From positions 1 to 64,000 of the forward strand of contig NIVC01000553.1 of NCBI GenBank assembly GCA_002269645.1: DNA of 64,000 nucleotides, given 5' to 3'. This document shows positions 23,751 to 33,483 of this stretch, in pieces (the stretch's first letter is position 1; each line of letters starts with the position of its first letter). The notes beneath the pieces were generated by a model, which was not told where the DNA came from, did not search any database, and worked only from the letters and a program-made list of their open reading frames with translations. A program made the translations under genes and the position numbers. This DNA is from Macrostomum lignano. Taxonomy: Eukaryota.

Positions 23751-25173
23751 TAGGGATGGGACAGTCGCTGTTACCGATGCACTAGGAGCAGTTTTGGAGG
23801 CGACGCTAAGCTGAGACTCATCGAGCGCACAGCTACGACGGTGGTTCAGAAGAGTACTTCAGCTACGAGACAAGTTGAAGCGAAGCCCCGGTGAGAGCAG
23901 CTCATTCCTTCCTTGATCTCCCCCTTTATCCCCTATATCCCTCCATGGGCCCCTGACTGGAATATTTCGGTGCATCTGGACAACTCGTCCGGCCAGTTGT
24001 CCGGCTCCACTCGGTCACGTGCGCGCTTGAACTTCAGGTTCCATCCCTGGTTCTTGAGCTGGTGTGTGAATTCCGTGAATTCGGTCTCGAGAAACGAAAA
24101 ACCTATTGACCAGGAGTTTTGTTATTTAAATAAGCGCAAACGTAAATCATAAAATCATTTCAGCCAGCCAGCACGACCCGGAGGAGAGGATCGGATAACA
24201 ATCGATCGATGGCGGCCGCGGATCCCGCTAGGCAACGGGACGAGATGGAGAAGGTCCGGACCTCCGGAGATGAACAGAGGGACTTTAGGAAGATTATAAA
24301 ACAAGGAGCTTGAATTGCTCCGCCGCTCTTCTCACAGCTCCGCTAAGTCCCAGAGTCGAACGTTCAGCCGTTGCTACTCTTCTTTGACTTCGAGATGCAG
24401 CTCGAAGTCAGCAGGAATTCCGTTCCTCAACGTCTACAGGCTGTGGAAATCCATGGATGAACTGCCGGTGTTATGCTTTACAATCTCCGTGCGCTTGCAG
24501 TCTCTGGCCGGAGATCTCAAATGTGACTCTTCTTTGCGATCTCCAGTCCCGGACTCGTGCCTTGAGTTTCCCTGATTTGAGAACTCCGAGGGTAGAAATG
24601 TACATGAGTGGTGTACAGCCACGGGGCTAAAACTCTGTCAAGTATTTATTGGTTGCACGTGCAGGAACTCACACGGCCTTATATGCAAACAGCTAACATA
24701 CATTTGTACTTAGCAGGGTGAGCTCTAGCTGAGTTTTCAGTGTAATTGCGCAATGTACTTCATTCTCTCTGCTTCTCAGTAGTGTTTTAAAAGCTATTTA
24801 ATTAAGAATTTAGGAGGCTGCAAGTGTGACTGAGGTATTTGTAGTTTCAAGTGGAGACAGACATGGCAAAGGCGCGACTTTAAACCAAGTTTTCTCTTAC
24901 GAGGTCGTATTGAACGACTACGATCAATATTTCCGGAGACTTGCCGACCAAATTGAAGGACAATTTGAAGCGCAAAATTCGAGAGAAAAGTAAAGCCTCT
25001 TCTTTCAAGACGGTCAATTGTTTTAAAAAGTGAGAAACCGGAACTGCGGCAAGAAAAGGCGCCGAGAACGGCAGTGGCGTACTCTTTACGGAGGATGGAG
25101 TCAGGGAAAAGATTGAGTCACGTTATATGGGAACCCACTGGGGCATGGGGAATGGGGGGTTTTAGTATGGTGG

Positions 25174-26001
25174 TGTGACGTTGTCAGTTTAAGGTGGTCC
25201 CGAAAAGGGCCGTTGGACTGCTGGTTTTCCATAGTCATTCAACCCTTCAGTTTCACCGCTTCAACTAAACTTTTCCATTCGTTTATTGCGACGTTTACTT
25301 GTAGTAATGCCCAACGATTTTGTGACAATTTCTAACTCACTGTATATTTTGCTACCCTTTCTCGCGACCGTATAAAATTGGCACGATCGATAATTTTAAG
25401 TTCTCTCGCCAGCCAATGAAATCACTCGTGCTCGCGCTACCCCCCCTCTGCGCTCTTTTATTAAACCCCCCCCGCCTGGCGGCGGGCACCCCTCACGCCT
25501 TTTTCGTCTCTCCTGTCCTGTTCCTTGTTTCCTTCCCTGCTGCCTCTTAGCTGTCTTATCTGTTTGTCTGGCTGCCTAGAGCCTCCTTATTTCTCGCCAC
25601 GGCCCCTCTGTCTGGGCCAGCCTGCTCACACACTTACTTGACTGTCTCACGCCACGACCGACGCCAAACTCGCCACTACGTTTCACTGTCTTCACTGTGC
25701 TCATAGCCACTGCTCACGTCACGTCGCCATTACACCACTCGTCTGTCGCTTGAACACTCATCCAATTTATCTTAAAAGAAACCATTGTTGCAGCCGCCAG
25801 TGCCCAGAAAGCCATAGTTTGTTATTTGCCAGTGACAACCAACTTACTATTTATATTGATAATAAAACCGACTACGGCAGTTTCCTGCCCTTATTGCCAA
25901 GTGCTCCGCTACACCAACCACTTCGCATAAGTTGACTTCAACTTATTTTGGGACTAAAACGGCCCTTTTAAGGGTCACGGCCAACATCAAATAACGTGAC
26001 A
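25174..26001. mobile_element. Solo LTR, same family as 18216-19005, inverted (828 bp)
   Basis: TGTGACGTT...AACGTGACA termini; gtgg duplicated at 25170-25173 / 26002-26005; inserted into the G-rich repeat; TATAAA ~25371 and AATAAA ~25861 on +. Confidence 0.8.
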
Positions 26002-27115
26002 GTGGGGAGATTTTTCATATGGGGATTGATTTTGTACCTAAACTTCAATAGAGGCATAGTTTAAGCAAAAGCAAAAGTTTTTGGGGGTCGAAAGGGGGAT
26101 GACCAAATAAAGGACAATGATCAACAACCAGGGCATTTCATTCACCAAATTATATATAGATATATATTTTAAAACGTTTAAAAATTTTCTAAATTAACTC
26201 AGTAATTTTACATCATTGAAACACTTTCACTTAGACTTTTTGTTCCAAAAAATCATTTCTTATACATTATCGTTCTTTGACTTGGACATCACAATCCGGA
26301 TATCGCAAAGCAAAACCTTCGTTTTTCTGTCGGGTGTTTCAACGTGCTTGTGACTTCCGGGGGCAGACTGCAAGCACTCCGGAGAACGTAAAGCAGCTTG
26401 AGATATCCGGACCAGATACTTTAAGATGCTTGAAATATTTGGGGGGCCAGATTAGAAAGTACACTTGTACTATCTGGGCGGATAACACGAGACACGGATA
26501 TCCGAAAGTATAACACCGGAACCATAATGGCGATCGAAGGGCGCTCGGAGTAAAAATACGATCGTCAGATACAAACTAGTCAAATATTGCCTCTAACTAC
26601 CTACATATAGCAAACCACTTACAGTCAAAACAGTAGTATTGAATGCTACGAGCGTGATTGTAGATCCAAATACATGTAACTCAAAACGCTATCACAAGAT
26701 TTGTGTTTCAAAAGATGCATACTAATAGAAGTGCCGATCAGATTGTTTATTGGAACGTGCAAAATAAATTCGTCTTACTCTCGAAAATACATACATGTAT
26801 CCTCATGCACACTCATTCGATAAAAGTACATTATCGATCGGTTTTTTAAGTCCAATATGTACAATTTATAGACTGACAATGCGTGCATACCAATTGCTCA
26901 TTAATCTCTCTCGATATCAAATTTTATCGGTCTGTATACATGTGTCTATATACCAGAGACTAAACACAGTAGTGAATCGTGATAAACCAGAGACTAATTG
27001 AAGTGTCTTTATAGCTGCTCTATACTCATAAAAAACAAATTGTTTATCAAGGTTCTAGATTTGGTTTTTGATCGCTTGGCTGTTGTATAGCCTCAATCGA
27101 TTTTCAACAAAAAAT

Positions 27116-29084
27116 ATGGCTGGCTCAAACGACAGAGCAGACTGCTTGCATCACATTCACAATTGGTACAAAGAGTCCGATTCGAAAGACACCATCGTCC
27201 CGCTGCACACCATGGAGATGTTCATCATGAGCACACTGGGTGCCAATCTGAGTACGTTCACCGATCCGCAGAATCCCAATTTCAAGCCATTCTATCACGA
27301 CTTTATGGAACCCGTTGGCAACTCCAGACAGTTTGCTGACAAGCAATCGTTTATGAATAAGACGCGCCTATCAGTCCGACGGGTCCTCGGCTGCGGTCAC
27401 TTCATGCTGTGCGCCCTGCGAGCCACCTACAATCAGTTGGAGAGCAAATACGGCGACTTATGGGAAAATGTGAGCTTCTGGCGAAGCAAGAAAAAACAAA
27501 TCGAAGAAGAGAATCTGCTCGATCCCGAGCGACCGTGCAACAGCCAAGCAGTGCTGAAATGGATGCAGAAGTTCTATTTTGAGCTATTCCTCAGCTGCAT
27601 TCCGATGGACGAGTGCTGGCACAATGCCAAGATTTCCTATACTATGCTGCGCTTCACTTCCCCGTGCGAACCAGCAGATGCGGATGTTCGATCGGAGGAA
27701 TTTCTGAGGAATTATCAGTAAGTGTATTGTCTAATTTTTTTTATTAATTGATGGTTTTTTATATACATGTACATGTAGCTATATAGTATAGGCATTATTA
27801 TTTTGAAATTTTGTCTAAAAATTAACCATCATATTCAGCAGAAGTCCTGGTTGAAGTGCGACAAGAATGAGTAAAAATAGCTATATACGAGCGTACATCA
27901 TGTACTTTCGTAGTAAGAGAAGACATTTCTTAGAAAAAAATAAAAGCTTTATAAAGCTACGCTCACGAATCCCTATACTAATCCTTTGAATAGAAAACCC
28001 AAATTAAGCCCCTAGTAGTTTTTGGCTTCAGGTATTGTACAATCCATGGACAAATATTTGTACGGACGTTAATTGGTTTAGACAATTTTAGGTGATCAAG
28101 ACATGTACAGGGAATTTATAAAATATAATAACAAGATAGGTCCGAAATCAAGAGTCAATCAATACAATATTTATTTTCACTTCTAGTCTAGTACGTGTGG
28201 ATCATAAATTATAATTTTGGGCATTTTATATTGCAGCGTTCGACTTATGTAACATTACGTGTAATACAAGTATGTATAATTGATGAGGACGCACTTTTTC
28301 CCAAATTCCACACTAGCACATGGGCTTTAAACTTGCTAGCCTACTAACAACAGGCTATGGGCATTTTTTCTTCTCTTTATGTAATTTTCCTAGAATTCAT
28401 ACTAGTCAAATGATTTTGCCATACTTGTAGTTATAATAACATAGCTGTGCGGCTTTAGGGTCATAAATCTGGCTTCTGCTTTCGAGCTGGTCTGACAGCC
28501 ACCTGCGCCTCACTCAATGCTGAGACTGCGGCGCCAGATGGTCTGAGAGGATGCGGGCGGTAGATTTTTTCTCATCCTTACAGGAGTCCTCCACAGGACT
28601 CTAATTGATTTATTTCTGAGACCTAAGGCCCGAAGGCTTCCCCACAAGGGGGCCGAAAGGTCGAAACCCATCATAATTTGCTATGTAAACTTATTGTACG
28701 TAAACATGCTCGCATGTAGCTATAGTAAAAATTAAAATCTATAGATAATTGGCTGCCTACTACTCGTAGTAGAGTAGGTATAGCTATTTTGAAAAAAACA
28801 ATATTAATATTTATTTGCTTCATTTTTCAATCCTAACTATAGAAATGTTTTGTTATAGTCAATGCTATTGAAAATGAATTTTGATTTACATCGCTAAAAC
28901 AAACAATTTCAGAGAATTCGTCATATTCCTGCTGGTGAACATGCACGAATTGGGTCTGCTGACCGGCGACCCCCTACAGCAGTACCTCAGGCTGGTGCGA
29001 AAGAAGGGCAGCCCGCCAGCCAATCAAATTAGCGCCAGTCAGAAGGACAGTCTGGCTAAAAATATTGGCGAAATTTTGAATTAA
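27116..29084 (+). CDS. Uncharacterised protein, predicted 257 aa; exons 27116-27717 and 28913-29084
   Basis: Open frame with aaaatATGG start, complex globular-looking composition; donor CA|gtaagt at 27718 is phase-2 compatible with acceptor tttcag|A at 28911-28912; no recognised motif. Confidence 0.6.
28281..28672. mobile_element. TGATG...CATCA element, copy B (inside the intron of the orphan gene)
   Basis: TG..CA termini with 5-bp IR; taat on both flanks (possible 4-bp TSD); end blocks match 20609-20968. Confidence 0.55.
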
Positions 29085-29483
29085 CCATCATTGTCTTAAA
29101 ATGAGAGAAACCAAAGGCTTTCAATACTGACTTTTCATTTTATGATTATCTATGAGACGACAGCAAGAGTTGGGAATTTTAATTTCGAGAAAATTAAATA
29201 AACAAGAAAACGATTTTAGTTGTGAAAATTGAATTTAGTTACCAGCCATTCTTTTGCATGTTCATTAGGTTGGAAGTAGTCATTGTTTATTCGAGCCAAG
29301 TTGAATCACGCCCGTGCATGATTTTATTGTTTATATATTTTTACCTGTAAGCAACTTTCGGGTCAACAAAAATATGATTAATCAAGACGAGTTGAAAAAA
29401 GGGATCTACAGAAAATTGTCACTCGTTGGCGGGATTTGAAGGCCTGTTTTCTTCTGAAAAGTGCATCAGCGAAACAGGGAGCC

Positions 29484-29766
29484 TTTTATTGCAGGCAGTG
29501 GTTGTCACACAACCGGCGAGAGGCATTACTGCCCATTCCGTCGACTCCCCTGAGCAGGCACACAAGCGCGCGGATACGTACGCAGGCACACACTCACATA
29601 GGAGTGTACAGCGGCCCTAACTTTATATTATCGTTAGGCATGTACACTTCACTGTGCCTTGGGGGTTGGCCCTCAAGACCGTTAATTGCACGAGCAGAGC
29701 CAAGCCGAGATTCCAATTCAGCCCCAAATTAATTTGACTGCACTTGGAATCGAGCCTGGGCCGCTG
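29484..29766 (-). mobile_element. tRNA-derived SINE family 1, 5'-truncated copy
   Basis: Reverse complement of 49939-50304; retains B box GGCTCGATTCC and a short A tail. Confidence 0.8.
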
Positions 29767-30089
29767 TAGGCAAGCCTGAGCAAAACTTTTCAAGAAAGAT
29801 ATTTCTAGAAAGAAAAGACGCTAAAAAATGTGAGCTTTTCTAGAAACTACGATTACTCATTGATGAGCTAGCAACGATTTTTGCAATTCAGAAGTCCAGA
29901 TGGTGAAATTATTGGGAATTAAGTGCTAAAAAATCCGAAAACTTAGTCGATCCTATCTCGCTAATTGGATGTCCTATTCTAGAGCAAGTTTCATCTTTAC
30001 AAGCAAACTCAAAAGCTACATTTACATGTAGGCTAAATTAGAAGCACGATATGCAAACGTCCATCTCGACAGTACATATTTGGGGGGGG

Positions 30090-30410
30090 TGAATTAGCCT
30101 ATTGGTTAAAGTGTCGGAATCAGAGGTCGGGGGTTCGATTCCCGATCCTACTGAAACAGTTGTTGTCCTTGAGCAAGACGCTTAACTCTGCATTGCTTCA
30201 GTTCACCCAGCTGTAAAATGGGTGCCAGCTTTAGCTGGGGTAATTGAGGCTGTGTGTGGCGACCCCCCCCCCCCCCCCCCAGTGCTTGGACTGAACAGCC
30301 GTACGCAGTCGTCAGATGCGCTGCGCAATAGCTGCGGCTGAGCTGTCGGTTGCACATCTGGCCTAATTGGGGCAGGTGTAATTAATGAGTATTGTCATTA
30401 CTGTCACTTT
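30090..30410 (+). mobile_element. tRNA-derived CORE-type SINE (family 2), copy 1
   Basis: A box TAGCCTATTGG (30095), B box GGTTCGATTCCC (30132), then CCTTGAGCAAGACGCTTAAC...TGCTTCAGTTCACCCAGCTGTAAAATGGG (30167-30222) resembling the recalled MIR CORE; AT-rich tail. Confidence 0.8.
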
Positions 30411-30566
30411 GTTTCGACCTTGTATTTTTCCTTTGTAGCCAGCCTTTACAAGCAAAAGATTTTCTAAGAAAAAAGTGTTGTTCTCGGGACAATTTAGTGA
30501 TACAACAGCTAGAAATTACCCCGAAGTTCGCTAATCCGCTTCGAACCTCGATTAATCCATCGGCAT

Positions 30567-31946
30567 TTATTCACCGCCAACTGTCGCGACTACACCAGCC
30601 GGCCTATCAGCCTCCTGCCCAGCTTCATCAACCACTTCGCCGCCCCAGCCGTCGTCAACCGGTCCGGTCGAGTCTCCACGCCAGGAGGTGTCGCGCAGCG
30701 GCCAGGGCCGCCGCCCCAGGAACAGGCTGCCGCCCGTCTTCGGCCTCTTGAAGTGGCTGTAGAAATTTTCCGAGAACCGGGGCAGCCGCTCCGGCAGCTC
30801 GGGCGGCGGCGCGTCGGCTGAAGTTGTCGAGTCGGCCGCCTGACGACGGGTCAGCTCGCGAGAGATGAACGCCTCCGAGGCCAGGCAGGCGTGGAAAGCG
30901 ACGGCGGTGGCAGCCGCAGCAGCGTCGAACGCCGCATCGACAGCCGCTTCGCTCTCCTCGGCAGATGTGGCAACGGTTGTGCGGCTCGTCTGCAGCTGCA
31001 TCGGCGGCATCATCGGCCGTAGTGGTCGCGTCCGACCAGTGAGGCGTCGTTTCTTCTGCCGACGACTGGCAGCCGATTCTGTTGACGCCCTGGTCGTTGC
31101 CGCCGCTGTTGCCGCCGTCGCAGTGTACGGCCTCGCTGGTGGCCGCGTATCGTTGGACACCGCTAGCTGGCTGATGAGGCAGTCCAGCCGAGCCAGTCGT
31201 TGACGGTTCTTCAAACATAGCGGACAATCCTCGCATTTGTCCGAGGAATCTGACGCCTGTTGTTGTTGCTGATGAGGCGGCAGCGGCGGCGGCAACGGCC
31301 GGGCCAGCAGGCAGTAGCTTGACTCCAGCGGGGCGGAGGCGCGGCCGGCGGCAGCGGCTGCAGTTGCCGGCCTGCTGGCCGGGGTCAGGCGGACCAGCTG
31401 AGCCGATTTCTCCGACCTGCGCTGTTGCGTCGGCGTTGGTTTCGACGGTTCCTCTTGGCGGTTGAATTGTCGATCTAAGCCAACTCCAGCCAGTCGGATG
31501 GCGCCAACATCCGCGTCCAGGCAGGCTCGAGCGCGCGCCTGGCGTCGAATTTCGGCACCCATAGTTCTGCCGATGCCGGCAGGTCCGGTTGGGAAAGTCG
31601 CATGTTGCGGCTGCTGCTGCTGATGCGGCAGCGCCGGCACAATCCGCCGCACCCCGCTAAACGTGACGGAGCGTTGAGTTTTGCTTCGATTTTCTTCCAA
31701 CGTCGATTTGGCATCGGTTTCATTGCTTTCGTTGCAGTCGTGATCGCTGCTCCGACGATGTCGAAGTATACCGCCGGCTGATGTTGTCGAAGCGACCGGA
31801 TGTTTGCCGACGTCTCGGTTGGTGGCGCGGCCACGCAGACAGTTCGAAGCGTCCAGAGAGACGTAGTGAGTCCGCACGGTAGGCTTGTTGGCGTTCTGCT
31901 TCTGATGCTGATGAAGGACCCGCAGTTCTGCCAGCACGGTTGCCAT
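30567..31946 (-). CDS. Uncharacterised low-complexity (Ala/Gln/Pro/Arg-rich) protein, 459 aa, single coding exon
   Basis: Long GC-rich ORF with the same poly-A/poly-Q style as neighbouring genes; candidate acceptor cctgcag 18 nt upstream of the ATG; no domain recognised. Confidence 0.65.
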   Translation of the reverse strand: MATVLAELRVLHQHQKQNANKPTVRTHYVSLDASNCLRGRATNRDVGKHPVASTTSAGGILRHRRSSDHDCNESNETDAKSTLEENRSKTQRSVTFSGVRRIVPALPHQQQQPQHATFPTGPAGIGRTMGAEIRRQARARACLDADVGAIRLAGVGLDRQFNRQEEPSKPTPTQQRRSEKSAQLVRLTPASRPATAAAAAGRASAPLESSYCLLARPLPPPLPPHQQQQQASDSSDKCEDCPLCLKNRQRLARLDCLISQLAVSNDTRPPARPYTATAATAAATTRASTESAASRRQKKRRLTGRTRPLRPMMPPMQLQTSRTTVATSAEESEAAVDAAFDAAAAATAVAFHACLASEAFISRELTRRQAADSTTSADAPPPELPERLPRFSENFYSHFKRPKTGGSLFLGRRPWPLRDTSWRGDSTGPVDDGWGGEVVDEAGQEADRPAGVVATVGGE

Positions 31947-32421
31947 GCTGTGACGGATCTTGAGCTGCAGGACTGAGATGCTGGGCTTAGCTTTGGCTTT
32001 GGGTTTGAGTTGACCTGGCTGATCAATTCAAAAGTTAGCTCTCTCCCTCTTCTACTGAGCCTGTCCATTGAAGCTTTATGCCGCGGGTCTGTCGCTATTC
32101 AACTCCATTGAAACGGACAGCTTTTTCTTGGGTCCTGCGCAGAAGGGGAAACTGTTTCATTCTTCAGTTTCCTGTCGCAGCCCAGACGGTCTCAGCCGTC
32201 GCTATGGCAACAATGCTAATGCTCACGTAGTAATGTACAGCGCCGCCTTTGTATGAAAGAAGCACTACTAAACTCTTATATGGCTTCCACGCGCTATTGC
32301 GGGTCAAATTTTATGGCCATAACGGGTGGGCCTTTAAAATGCATTGAAATGGTTGCAAACTTAAAATTAAATGTACAGTGTCATTTGCATCAGATCCTGA
32401 CTTAAAGTAATTGAATCGTTG

Positions 32422-32736
32422 AAAGTCAATAATGACAATAATAATTAATTAAACCTGCGCTAATCGGCAGATGTGCAACCGACAGCTCAGCCGCAGCTAT
32501 TGCGCGGCGCATCTGACGGCTGCGTACGGCTGTTCAGTCCAAGGACTGGGTGGGGGTCGCCACACACCCTCACTTACCCCAGCTGATGCTGGCACCCATT
32601 TTACAGCTGGGTGAACTGAAGCAATGCAGAGTTAAGTATCTTGCTCAAGGACACCAATTGTTTCAGTGGGATCGGGAATCGAACCCCCGACCTTTCATTC
32701 GTAAGTCTGACGCTCTGACCACTAGGCTACAATCCC
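32422..32736 (-). mobile_element. tRNA-derived CORE-type SINE (family 2), copy 2
   Basis: Reverse strand reads GGATTGTAGCCTAGTGG...GGTTCGATTCCCG...CCTTGAGCAAGATACTTAAC...CTGTAAAATGGG...aattattattgtcattatt; high similarity to 30090-30410. Confidence 0.82.
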
Positions 32737-33483
32737 ATGTCAAGAAGCCATGGAGATATCAGCACGTGTTACTATAACCATTCAAAACAGCATGCACTCA
32801 AGCACTTGGTTGAGATATGAGGCTCAAGCACACATGTAGTAAGATTGGAACCGTTATCAAATCCCTATAAGCGTTACATTAAGCTGTGAAAAATGCTGTA
32901 CGACTATAGCTGTCCTGATAACAGTTTTTGCGAGCAATAAAATCCGCTGACCCTGCAATGCAGGTTAGAAGTTTCTGGAGTTTACCGATTCAACCTGACA
33001 CAGATAGCAGTCTATAAAGCTTTTTAATAGTCACGATTAGTGTCAGTCACTAACAATTTATAACAAGCAGGTGTGTAAGTGTTTAATTGTCAGGTGTCAC
33101 CTTTCGGACAAATTTAAACAAATCCATTTCGTGTTCTGGTACACACGGTAGCTCTCTGTGCTGACTAACTTTATCAGCATAAATTGGAGCGAAAGCCACG
33201 AATCAAGCTTCATTGATTAACTATTCTGTTCGGTCGCTTCTGTACAATTTACTGCACTTTTGCGGCGGGATTCTCAGGTAAATACCGTCCGCTATCTATC
33301 TAGAACTAGCCTAAACCGGTGTAGAGATTTGCGGGGGTTGGCTCTCACGGCTGTGAATCGCTCGAAAACCCCAAGGTCAATCATTGTGCAATAAGTTCCA
33401 AATGAACTTAGTGCCAACAGCCAACAGGTTGGCATAATATTTACCTAAACAGTCACATTATTTACCAACAGGTCCTTAAAAAC

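Noticed and set aside
23900-25135. GC-rich coding-like stretches (e.g. MAAADPARQRDEMEK..., ISGDLPTKLKDNLKRK...)
   Set aside because: Short, interrupted frames with no recognisable motif; possibly a TE or gene relic but unsupported
26290-26520. APE-endonuclease-like start (SVGCFNVL...GRLQAL)
   Set aside because: Resemblance too weak and full of stops
30655-32068. ORFs 31475-32068, 30655-31236, 30865-31203
   Set aside because: Overlapping frames of the GC-rich 459-aa CDS
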